Below, in pieces: positions 19,077 through 31,073 of a stretch of DNA of 32,000 nt. Position numbers and translations under genes: made by a program. The notes beneath the pieces were generated by a model. It was not told the DNA's origin and did not search any database. It saw only the letters and a program-made list of their open reading frames with translations. Source of the DNA: Wallemia ichthyophaga EXF-994 (Eukaryota; Fungi; Basidiomycota); contig NW_008806274.1 of NCBI RefSeq assembly GCF_000400465.1, forward strand, positions 630,244 to 662,243. Reading direction: 5' to 3'. Numbering within the stretch: position 1 is the stretch's first letter; every line of letters starts with the position of its first letter.

Positions 19077-21567
19077 ATGTTATCAAGGAGATTAAATTTG
19101 AGATTTTCACGGCAATTCACTAGGCGTACACTATCAAATCTATCAAAACCTCTTCCTCGCCTCACTCCCACACCTTCCCTACCGCAATATGCCCTTATCC
19201 AGCGGCGCGGGATGCAAATGAAGATGGGTGGCGCACCTTCCCAAGGCGACACTCTAAAGCAATTCAGTGTCGACCTCACAGAACTCGCAAAATCCGGCAA
19301 ACTAGATCCAGTCCTAGGGCGAGATGACGAGATTAGACGAACTATCCAAATATTATCCCGTAGAACAAAATCCAATCCTGTCCTCCTCGGTAATCCCGGT
19401 GTTGGTAAGACTGCAATTCTTGAAGGACTAGCTCAGCGAATTGTGAACAATGAGGTGCCTGAATCACTCCAAGGCCGTCGAGTACTCAGTCTAGATCTAG
19501 CGGGTATGATCGCAGGTGCTTCTTTCAGAGGCTCTTTTGAAGAACGCTTCAAAGGTCTTCTCGCAGATATCGAAGCTGAACAGGGCAAGATTGTTGTTTT
19601 CATCGATGAGCTCCACACTCTACTCAACCTTGGTAAAGCGGAGGGTAGCATCGATGGCGGTAACCTTATCAAACCTCAACTGGCGCGTGGATTGCAGCTC
19701 GTTGGTGCAACTACCCTCGATGAATATCGCAAAACTATTGAGAAAGATGGCGCTCTCGCTAGACGCTTCCAGCCTATACAGGTCGAAGAACCTAGCCTTG
19801 CTGCTACCATATCCATACTCAGAGGCTTGAAAAGTCGATACGAGACTCATCATGGTGTCATAATTGGTGACGACGCCCTCGTAGCTGCTGCAAAGCATAG
19901 CGATAGGTATATTAGCGATCGATTCTTGCCAGACAAAGCCATCGATCTTGTAGACGAAGCTGCTTCCACGCTCAGATTAGCACAAGAGAGCAAACCAGAG
20001 TCATTGGCCAAGCTAGACCGAGATATTCTTGAGATACAGGTGCGCAAATTTTAATCTTCTTGGTGAAACCACTTTAACTCTTACGGTAGATTGAGCTACA
20101 ATCCTTACAAAACGACGACAATACACTGTCTATAGAACGCAGAGATACACTAGAGAAATTAGTCAACGAATACAAAGAGGAGTCAGAGAGACTGACCAAG
20201 ATCTGGAATGAAGAAAGAGCCAAGATTTCTGACGCTAAGGTCGCCAAAGAGGAGCTCGAGAGAGCGTACATAGACTTAGAAATATCGCAAAGGCATGGCG
20301 ATCTCGAGCGAGCATCTAGACTGCGCTACGAAAGTATACCATCGCTTCAACGTGATATTGAGATAGCGGAGAAGCAAGCTGAAGAAGGAACTACAATGCT
20401 CCTCGTCAAGGACAGAGTGGCGAGCGATGACATTGCGAGAGTCATCTCGCGCATGACTGGAATACCAATCAGCAACCTCCTTCAAGGCGAAATTGAGAAA
20501 TTGCTTCATGTATGTGTGTTGGTTTTCGCTGTCGTGTTTATACTAACAAACACACCCAGCTTGAAGATAAGTTGACTGAGAGAGTTCTTGGACAGGACCA
20601 CATTATCAAAGCAGTTGCAGATGCCGTGCGATTGTCGAGAGCTGGTTTGCAATCAGACAACAGACCCATAGCGTCATTCCTCTTCCTCGGTCCAACCGGT
20701 ACCGGTAAGACGGAGCTATCGAAAGCGCTCTCCGGGGCATTGTTCAATGATGAAAAGCGAGCATTGATCAACATCAACATGTCGGAATATCAAGAAAAGC
20801 ATACAGTATCGCGTCTGGTCGGTGCACCACCTGGCTATGTAGGATACGAGGAATCAGGACAGTTAACAGAAGCGGTGAGACGTAGACCATACTCGGTCGT
20901 TCTGCTTGATGAGTTCGAGAAGGCACATCCAGATGTATCAAATATCATGTTACAACTACTCGATGAAGGCACCTTGACAGATAGCCAAGGTCGTAAGGTT
21001 GATTTCAGGAACACGATAATTATAGCCACCTCTAATCTCGGTTCTGATATACTCTCAAGACCCGAGAGCACAGGTCCTGATGAGAATGTGACCGAGGAAG
21101 CTACCAAAGAGGTGCTAGAACGGGTTGAAAAAGTGTACCCACCAGAGCTTCTCAATCGACTTGATCATATGTTAGTGTTCAACAAACTTAACCACAGGTC
21201 AATCAAAGACATTGCTAGATTGCGTATCACTGAAGTCAACAAGATGCTTGGGGAAAAGAAGATGCGTTTGGATGTCAGTGATGAGGTTATCGATCATTTG
21301 GCGGAGATTGGATACTCGTCAACATATGGCGCTAGAGCTATTCTGAGAACTGTTAGAGCTAGTATCGCAAACCCCCTCGCGAGGAAGATCATACAGGGAT
21401 CGGTTCGCGATGGTGAGGCAGTGAGAGTCACTATGGAGGATGGCAAGGTAGTGATTGCGGACAATCACACACCACAGCCTCTTGATGAAACATTACCCAA
21501 TCATGTCAAGGAGGAGGAGCAAGCATTGAGAGATGATGATCATGATGATCCGGATCAATACAAGTAA
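19077..21567 (+). CDS. HSP78: Mitochondrial ClpB/Hsp78 disaggregase; introns 20040..20089 and 20510..20559
   Basis: Presequence, [73 protein letters not shown]. It lacks the Clp N-domain. Confidence 0.95.
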
Positions 21568-21674
21568 AAGTCAACATACTAAATGCATCCACACCACTTA
21601 AGATATTAATGTTCACATAAATTATAATAATCACGTTATATATATTACAGATTAATCTTGGTATCTGAATTGTT

Positions 21675-24239
21675 CTACACTCGGTTGAAGTAGTTCTCTA
21701 TGGAAGACTCAGATCTCACTCTGGGTTTCTTTTTCGTGGCACCACTTGAGGATGAACCACTTGACTTGCGTCTCATTACTCTACTTTTAGGTATATCTAT
21801 GTTAAGTTCGGAGGGCGTGCGCACCCTTCCGATTCCTAATTCCGGCGGGGGCATTGATGAATTCTTTTTGATTGTAAGTGTATCGTTACTGTTTTTCGTA
21901 GCAAGTGGCGGTTGCTCCGAGTGGGATCGGTGCATGATTGCATTCTGATTCTGTTTGATCGTCTGCTCTGATTCAGATCTCTTCATCTGCGCAACGGGTC
22001 CAGGCGTGGCAGGTTTAGTTGGTAAATCTGGTACGCTTTTTCGCTTTCTGGGTGGTCTGTTGATAATTTTTACCTCGTCATCCTCATTTTCGAGCGTATT
22101 CGAAGCGACTACATGACATAGATCTACTTCGCACTGTGTTGAGAGGAGCACGTCATTCCACACCTGCACATGTTTTTAGCGCGGGTAGGCAATGGAGCTC
22201 AAAACCCACCTTTTGTGTCTCTGAAAGTGTATCACCCGGTCCTTTCACCTCTGCAAACTTGGCAGTATGCGTGTCTGTGCGCCACAGCCTGATGAAGTCT
22301 TAATGAGCGTTCAAGGATAAAACTTTAACTCACACTAGATCTGGCATTCCACCCGTACGATGATCCCAGTCCTGACACAATACTCTGAAGATCTGTGCCA
22401 GACAACGTCCACCAAGACACTATAAATGTTAGCAAATCCAGCTCAAGTAATTCAGCGTACCTCAGCCAGTCCCACCAACTGCCCCCGTTCATAGTCCCAA
22501 TTCACAGCTATCGCCCAAGTGCGTTTCTCCATCTCTGCATCGTACCTCTCAGCGACGAGATCAGCTGCGCCAATCTCGCAGATTTCACCCAGACGCGACT
22601 CAATAGCATCTCTGCGCAGTTCGTAAAAGTCGCCATCGTGAAGGTCGAGTGGAGCGATTTGGAAAGGCGTCTCGAAGGCGCCCTCGGCAGGATCGAAAAT
22701 GATATCCCAGAGCGCGAGGACGAAGATAGTGCGAACGATGCGTCCTTCTGTATGTAAGCCCTGCCAGCCTTCGATATTATACGCCTGCAGTGCAATATCT
22801 TCGACTCGGACTACGTCCATACTTTCGCTCGTACTGCCATCTTCTTCTTGGATCACAACAGGAAAGAAAGGCTTCCAAAGCGAGTGTGTCGTCATAGCCG
22901 TGTAGTCTCGCACAGCATAGACGTACTTTTTGGTAGGATTGCGCAGCGTTATCGCGGGCGTGCGGTCTTCAGGTGCCACATTGAGAACTTTAGATTTTTC
23001 AAGTCTAGCAACGCGTCTATAAAGATCCGGTTTGTAGATTTCGTGCGTGTCGTGATCCATCAGAGCATCTGCACATATGTTGAGTGCCTCGGTATAGGAA
23101 GAGAGGCGATCATCTTTGTAGTGCGTCATGAGAACGAGCGCGAGACGAGAATACCAAGCACCGCGTCTAGCTGTACGCCAAACTCTCTGTTGCAGTAATT
23201 CTTTCAGCAGACGAACCTCAGCTTGATAGTCCTTGTTGCGCGAGTAGATGGCTGATAGTTTGTGCACTAGACGTGTGTAGACATGGCCAGGTGAATAGCG
23301 CGCGCGCCAGTTACGTATTGTCGTATGCGACGCGGATATCTGTTCCCACCTGCCCACTACACTCTCAGCTAACCCTTGCGCTTCAGGGTATTCGCGCGCA
23401 TCTAATGCATTATCAAACTCTGCTTCGAGGTTGAGCGCGTGTATGAATTCAATCAGCGTGCTGCGACTATCGAATGCTATTGTGCGTGTGTGTGTGGGCT
23501 GCGGATAGTGCCGTTTGTTAAAGGATGAGAGTAATTGGTGGGGAGGCGAAAATAAAGTTGATTGGCGCGAATAAACGAATGCAAGTCTGTTGAATAGATT
23601 GTGTATCGGGGGATTTACGCGTATGACTTTACCCATTTGGTTGAGTATTGTGGATTTCAGTGAGAAGGATTGGTTAAGTAGATTGCCGCTGAGGTTGAAA
23701 GACAAACCGCCACTGTTAGTTAGTGTAGATTGAGTGGTTGAGGTATTGAGTATGGCATGAATCATGTTTGTGCGTGTCTGTTGCTTCGGAAGGCAATTAA
23801 ACTTGGTAGAAATTGCCACCAAGTCTTGATTGTTGCAAATATTGAGCAAGTACTCGATGGAAATTGTTTGTAGGTTCAAGTATTCAGTTGATTGAATGAA
23901 GTTGAGATCTTTCCACGCGTCTTGATCGCCTTGAACGCGAGCAGTATCTAGTGACTGATTGATAGCTATAGCCAGATCAGCGTCGTCTACAGTCTCATGA
24001 TATGGATGAATAATGAGGTCATCAAGGATCTCGTCCAAATCAAAATTTAAATCAAAAGTCGATAGCTTGTGCCACTTGGAAGGCTGACGGTTGAGTAATT
24101 TGGTTAAGAATATTCTGTGATTATAGTAGAGATTGCTGAAGGCATGGAAGTACTTGAGTTCCTGTGGGGTGAATAGATAGCTCTCCTTATCCAAAACCGT
24201 GGATATGCCAGTTTCAATTAATTCTACGTATTTGTCCAT
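21675..24239 (-). CDS. FAN1: Fanconi-associated nuclease 1 (VRR-NUC domain); three short introns between about 22170 and 22460
   Basis: YSPGHVYTR, RRGAWYSRLALVL, GLHTEGRI..LWDIIF..FETPFQIAPLDL. Spliced VRR-NUC reads RTGGMPDLVLW..FAEVKGPGDTLSETQKVW (PD-(D/E)xK). Confidence 0.92.
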
Positions 24240-24405
24240 GTAGATCGAGCCAGATTGAGCCAGATTGATGCAGATGATGGATGTTGAGCCACAGCCACAA
24301 AACAAGATCCAGTACCTTTAAAATCAATTCAAACGATATCCGGTACCTTCCTAACTAATAGTTTTAATTAACTCGTCTTCAATTCGCCACTCTTATCATT
24401 TTTAT

Positions 24406-24415
24406 CGACGCGTCG
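24406..24415. promoter_or_regulatory. Palindrome CGACGCGTCG containing an MCB (ACGCGT) in the FAN1/YCF1 divergent promoter
   Basis: Perfect 10-bp palindrome read directly from the sequence. MCB function is inferred from ascomycete MBF biology. Confidence 0.35.
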
Positions 24416-24447
24416 CTGGTTGAATTCAAACGGCGACAGTAAGGAAA

Positions 24448-27400
24448 ATGAGGGAGCTGCTATGTAATAACAGGGAGGGCTACTCCCTGTATTCAACAGA
24501 GCGCGACTTCGATAGTACAATATGCTTCGAGAATTTCAATTTGATCACGTTGCCATCGCTGCTATTCATATTAATAAGCATCAGCGATATCTGGAGGAGT
24601 TTAAAGCACCCAATAAGGACTGATACGAATTCAAGGCTTAGATTTGGTGTTAAGATTGCTGGTTATATTTCACTCAACCTTCTACTGCTTGTTCAGCTAT
24701 TCGATAGGCTCGATTATAGCATAGAAACTATAAGCCAGGCATCAGTGCAAATCTCCATTACACTAGCCTTATTCCTTTCAATCATCCATCACAACAGATT
24801 CAACAAACCTTCGAGTCTTCTCCTCTTATTTTACCCAACCATCATTCTATCCAACTTGATCAAGCTTAGAACTGTAATTATCAGCGATTACACCTCTATT
24901 AACCCTCATTTACTTATTCCTACCATCCTCATTCTCGCTTTCATCTGGCTAGTTGAGTCTAGTGGCCCTGGTTATCCTCCTTCAAATGATCCTTTGAAAG
25001 ACGCTTCCATTTACTCGTTGTGAGTATTTTTTATCCTTTAAAACTTACACTCACTATCTTCACAGATGTTCTTTCTCTTGGCTCACCCCTCTTCTCAAAT
25101 TAGGTAGACAACGCTTCATAAACGAAGAAGATCTCTGGGATTTACCCGAGAAAGATCACTCTGAGCACGTAGGCCGCAAACTACAGAAGAAGTGGCACTA
25201 TCAAACTACTAAATCATCCAACAAACCCTCTCTATGGCTCGCCTTATGTAAAGCTTACGGAAAGGACTACCTCATTTACGCGTCCTTCTTCAAAATGCTA
25301 CAAGATTCTCTAACTTTTGTTCAACCTCAATTACTCAAGAGCCTCTTGCAATTCGTCAATTCTCAACGCTCAGATAGCCCTGAACCTCTAATCAAAGGTT
25401 ACTGTTTAGCTATCGTCATGTTTGTCTCAGCCGTCTCCCAATCTACTTTCCTTCACCAATACTTCCAATTAGTTTTCATGACTGGTTTGAGAGTCAGAGC
25501 TGGTTTGGTCAATCTCCTTTACGACAAATCACTTCACTTGAACAACAACGAAAAAGCTCAAAGACCAACAGGCGACGTTGTCAATTTGATGTCCGTAGAT
25601 ACCAACAGACTGACTGATCTTTGCACTTATGGTCATATCCTCTGGTCAGGTCCTCTCCAGATTTTATTGGCCTTCATCTCTCTCTACAACCTCTTAGGAT
25701 GGCAATCATTTGTTGGTGTAGGCGTTATGATTGTTTCCATCCCAATCACTACCGTTATTGCCAGATATGTTAAGAAGCTATCGTTAGAGCAAATGAAAAT
25801 CAAAGACAAGCGTACGCATGTCATGAATGAGCTGCTCACCAACATGAAGTCAATCAAGCTTTTTGCTTGGGAGGACTCTTTCGCACAGAAGCTCTTACAT
25901 ATTCGCAACAACGAAGAGCTGCACATTCTCAGGAAGATTGGTGTTGTAAATGGCATAAGTAACTTTGTCTGGATGCTGACACCATTCCTTGTCTCATTTA
26001 CCACATTCTGGGTTTATTCTGTCACATCTAAAGAGCCGCTAACCTCAGACAAGATTTTCCCTGGTCTGGCCATCTTCCAACTCCTCTCATTTCCACTCTT
26101 TATGATCTCGAACATCATTACCTCCACCATCGAATCAGCAGTTTCGGTGGACAGGCTCAAAGACTTCCTACTCGCTGGTGAACTGGACCCTGAAGCCAAA
26201 TTACAGGTCATCCCCAATGATATTAACGTTGGTGAAGAGGTTGTTCGTATCAGCCATGGTGATTTCGCGTGGAGTGAAGATGCGCATATGCCAATATTAC
26301 AAGATATAAATCTGAGCGTTAAGATGGGTGAGTTGGTCGCCCTCGTCGGAAGAGTCGGTGATGGTAAATCATCAATGGTCCAAGCAATTCTTGGTGAAAT
26401 GCACAAATTCGAAGGTACTGTCAACGTCAAAGGCTCTATTGCATACTATGGCCAATCCCCTTGGATTATGGGTGCGACAGTAAAAGAGAACATACTTTTT
26501 GGTCACAAATTCGATCAAGACTTTTATAACCTTGTCATCGAATCTTGTGCGTTGAGAAGCGATTTAGAGTTGCTACCACAGGGTGATATGACAGAGGTTG
26601 GCGAGAAAGGTATTACTTTGTCAGGTGGTCAAAAAGCTAGAGTTGCTCTTGCTAGGGCTGTTTACTCACGTGCTGATATTTATCTCCTTGACGATCCGCT
26701 GTGCGCTGTGGATGCTCACGTTGGTAGACATCTCTGGAATAATGTCATAGGTCATAGCGGTATACTCAAGAATAAGACTAGAATAATCTCAACCAACAAT
26801 GCTGGATACTTTGATCAGGTCGATGCACTCGTCATGCTCAAGAGAGGTGTTATACTTGAGAAGGATTCCTACTTGTCGGCTATACAACGTCAAGGTCAGT
26901 TGTGGCAGCTTATGATGAAATTAGGTTGGTATCGTTAATGGAGAAGCTCTGCCTATTTCTTACACTCTTCCAGGTAAAGGTGGTGGTCATTCAACAACCA
27001 ATTCCTCCGGCACCTCGCTCAATGAACTTAACAACTCTAATGGCAAAGGCACACCACCAACTGACGGTGAAAATACACTCGTGAATGGAGAATTAGATAA
27101 ACAATCACATACTATCTTTGTCGATGAACAGAGTGAAGGTCCAAAAGTGGATGTTGTTAATGGTGTATGCACTGAAGAAACTAAGCCTAGAGAGAAGAGA
27201 ATGTCAATGAGTATGCGTCGGGCTTCTGTCGTCTCACTAGATAAAGCCAAAGCTATCGCTTTGGATGCTATGCGCAATTCATCCCAGCCTAAGGAACAAA
27301 TGGGTAGAGGCAACATCAAGACTGAAGTATATAAGAGTGAGTTGGGATTTTTTTACGAGACAATTTCTAACGATACTTAAGAATACGCCGAATCAAGCTC

Positions 27401-29207
27401 TTATTGGGGTGTTATCGCTTTCTTGATCACAGCTTGTCTTATTCAAGTGTTCTCGGTCGCTGGGTCTGTTGTACTCAAGAATTGGGGTGAAGCCAACAAC
27501 AATGGCGAAGCTAATGACATCAAGTGTGAGTGTTTACTTGTTGGGTTATTTCTCGTTTGACATACCGCAGATCTCCTCGAATACTTTGCTTGCGGTTTGC
27601 TTTCGGCCATCTTCATGTTCATCACTGCATTTTTACTGTAAGCTCGGCGCTGTAATGGAGTGTTATGCTAACTGAAAACAACCAGCTGGGCTGTCTGCTC
27701 AATTAAATGTTCAAAACATCTCCATGATGACATGTTCCATGCCGTAATGAGAGCACCATTAGGCTACTTTGAGAGAACGCCAGTCGGTGTTATCCTCAAT
27801 AGATTCTCTCGCGATGTCCAAGTTATTGACGAGGTACTGGTCAGAGTTATTTCCGGATTTTTTAGAACGTTAATCGTTGTTATTTCAATAGTTTTCGTTA
27901 TTGGTGGAGCTTTACCACCATTCTTACTGATGATTATCCCACTTTCCATATTCTATCAATGGATCATGAAGCTCTACCTCTCAACCTCACGTGAAATTAA
28001 ACGTTTAGATGCAGTTTCAAGATCGCCAGTCTTCAGCTGGTTCCAAGAATCATTAGGTGGACTACCAACTATCAGGGCATTTAGGCAACAATCCAGATTT
28101 ATTGCTTCAGAGACACTAAGGATGGATAGAAATCTAATGGCATCTCTTCCTGCCATGTCTATCAACAGATGGTTGGCCATGAGATTAGAAGTGTTGGGTT
28201 CGTCCGTTATACTTGCTACAGCATTATTTGCTGTAACTAGCGTCAAGAGATTCAATCTCGATGCCGGTTTAGTTGGTTTGTGTATTTCATACGCACTGCA
28301 AATCACAGGTGGATTGAACTGGTTCGTCAGATGCGCTGGTGAAGTTGAGCAAAATATCGTTTCAGTTGAGAGAGTTTATGAGTTGGCTCAATTAGAACCT
28401 GAAGCGCTGCCAATTGTCGAAGATAACAGGCCTTCGGCTGAATGGCCAGACAGGGGTTCAGTAGTGTTCAACAATTTCTCGGCCAAGTATAGACCAGAGC
28501 TTTCGCCAGTGTTGAAGGATATTAATCTCAACATCAACCCTTCAGAGAAGATTGGTGTCGTTGGTAGAACAGGAGCTGGTAAATCATCATTAACGCTATG
28601 CTTGTTCAGAATCCTTGAAGCATTTAAAGGTGAAATCAAGATTGATGGAATTGATATCTCCACCATAGGATTGAAAGACTTGAGATCAAGATTGGCAATT
28701 ATACCACAAGATGCTCAGCTTTTCGATGCAACGGTGAGAGAAAACCTTGATCCAGAAGCTGCACATTCAGATGACGAGATATGGCGTGCATTGGAGTCGA
28801 CAGATTTATCCGAACATATTACGGAGTTAGGTGGATTAAACTCTCAGGTAGCTGAAGGTGGAAGTAATCTATCGAATGGACAAAGACAACTCGTAGCTAT
28901 CGCTAGAGCTCTATTAACTAATTCCAGAATATTAATTCTTGATGAAGCTACATCTGCTATCGATTCAATGACGGATAATTACATACAAAATACTATTCGT
29001 AAACAATTCAAAGATATGACTATTATCACTATCGCTCACAGATTGAGAACAATCATTGATTACGACAAGATTCTCGTGCTTGATAAGGGTACGATAGGCG
29101 AGTTTGATACTCCGTATAATCTGCTTCTAAAGAAAGACGGTATTTTCTCGTCAATGGTCAAGCAATCAGGTGAAGAAGATGAATTGAGATCTGTAATTGG
29201 TTGTTAA
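24448..29207 (+). CDS. YCF1: ABCC/MRP full-size ABC transporter with TMD0 (Ycf1/Bpt1-like vacuolar glutathione-conjugate pump), several introns
   Basis: TMD0, FSWLTPLL-type L0 segment, NBD1 GRVGDGKSS / LSGGQKARVALARAVY / YLLDD, NBD2 GRTGAGKSS / LSNGQRQL / ILDEATSAID. Exact orthology (YCF1 vs BPT1) is not resolved. Confidence 0.85.
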
Positions 29208-29383
29208 TCGTCGTTTGAAGTTCAAACTCTTTATATCTATCTGCATATTTGTTACATTAATTATTGATTAGTTATTTAAAAGAAAGTACATGGCTCTGAT
29301 AATAAGAGTAAGCAGGATTAGAAAGCAAGGGGTGCGACTGCGTGTTTTGAAATAATAATACTATAATAGCGCTGCTACTCTTA

Positions 29384-30799
29384 TCATTCTGTAGACTGTT
29401 GTATGGAAGGGAACTTAATTGGTGGTAGGTTAAGACTGAATGGATTCATCAAAGGTGGTTGTGAGGGTTCGTTATGCTTTCTTCTCTTGATTGGTAGTGG
29501 ATCAGACACTGGTAGTGATCGATACTTTTCAACATCAGGATCTTTCGAAGGTTCGCTTGTGATTTGTTGAATTTGAGAAAATTTCGGTATCGATGGCAAA
29601 TGAGGTGGTGATATTGCTTGATAGTGCATAGGGGAAAGGTTTGACTGATACTGTTGAAATTGATAGTATTTTTGCTGTTTAGCTTCGTGTTGATTGAGGT
29701 CACTCAATTGAGATTGAGCTTGTTGTAACGATATGGTAATAGAATTCAAGTGACCTTGATATGCTTGCTTTTGTTGTTCCAAATTCGAACAATGCTGCTC
29801 TAATTGCAATTTGCTCAAATTTGGTGGTTGTGGTGATTTCATTGTCTTGTACGTACCACCAAACTCAGGTTCGTCTGATGAAGCGGAAGATGTCGATTGT
29901 CGTTTGAGTGGATTGGGATGAATGCTAAGTTCTTTAGTTGATGATGCTGGCACACCTCCATCTTGTATACCCATTAAAGTTACGGCTGCTTCGTGCTCAT
30001 TTTGAGGGATTGAGTGTTGATTTTGGGGTGTAAGGTTGTTGAGTGGTGAATTAACTTGAGGGAGAGGAACAGATGAAGTTGGAACAGATGAAGGCATTCT
30101 CTTTCTTCTCTTTATGATAGTCTTTTTCATATGTACGGGCCTGGGAGCGTTATGAAGTTTCTGATAAAGACCACAGGCGTTACATTGAGGTTTGCCATCA
30201 TCAGTTCTTCTCCAAAGAGGGGTAGTAGTGGTGTTGCAATTTGCACACTGTAAGCCACCTAACTGTTGTGCGTGGTGTTGTTGCTGTTCGGGATTTAGAG
30301 TGTTGGGTGGGGAGGGTGCGGGAGCGGGCGCAGGAACGGGAGGTTGCGGGACCGAAGAACTGGATTGAGACATCTCTTGAGATTTTTGTAGTTGATGCCT
30401 TTGAGCGTTGTTATATGCGGGACAACCAGTGCAAGAGCTAGTACCACCTGTACCGTTGCAATAACCGCCACCGGGACAACTGCCAGAGGTCTTCAGAACT
30501 TCGGATTGATTTATACAAGTAGATTGTAATGTGGTTGGCCTTGGAGTGTTTCTATTCTTTTCGTACAATCCTTATCAGATATCGTTATCAGCGGATAGTA
30601 ATTGAGATAAGAGATTCTACTCACCACACGCATTACATAAATTCTGATCATTAAGGCCACGCCTCCATAGGGGAGTATTCCAAGTACCGCAATTTGAGCA
30701 TGTGGTTTTGATCGCTGCATCACTTGTACTGCTTTGTGATATTGCAGCGCTTGTACTTGGTACTGGTTGCTCAATTCTCTCTATCTGTGCCGTGGACAT
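29384..30799 (-). CDS. sreA: Iron-responsive GATA repressor, SreA/Urbs1/Fep1/Sfu1 type (ZnF1 - Cys-rich region - ZnF2); intron 30571..30624
   Basis: ZnF1 [19 protein letters not shown]|LY, Cys-rich [24 protein letters not shown], ZnF2 [40 protein letters not shown]. Confidence 0.93.
30572..30580 (-). promoter_or_regulatory. ATCTGATAA, SreA-type consensus site inside the sreA intron, overlapping the 3' splice site
   Basis: Plus-strand TTATCAGAT is the reverse complement of ATCTGATAA. The ATCWGATAA consensus is established for Aspergillus SreA-type factors. Function here is inferred. Confidence 0.5.
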
Positions 30800-30996
30800 G
30801 AATTATTGTGGTGGTAAGGAACAACGACGTCTCGACGAATGAGATGCGAGATATTATAAAGATTTACAATTATTTTCTATTTTATTGCTTTGATCTTAAG
30901 CGATTAGACTATTTCACTTTCATAGCCTCATCCGGGTTTGCTTAACTGTTTTCATTCAATGTGAAGTTTTTCACCACCTAGATTGTGTGGATCATC

Positions 30997-31005
30997 ATCA
31001 GATAA
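30997..31005 (+). promoter_or_regulatory. ATCAGATAA, SreA-type consensus site in the sreA/ABZ1 divergent promoter
   Basis: Exact match to ATCWGATAA, 68 bp before the ABZ1 ATG and about 200 bp before the sreA ATG. Confidence 0.45.
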
Positions 31006-31073
31006 ATAAACGATTTCATCCGTTGTGGAGGCTGGTGAGATGGGTATTTTAACACTGTTAACACACAACAACC

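Noticed and set aside
19073-29703. Many 60-140 aa antisense or alternate-frame ORFs over HSP78, FAN1, YCF1 and sreA
   Set aside because: They are shadows of long, conserved coding exons and have no motifs of their own.
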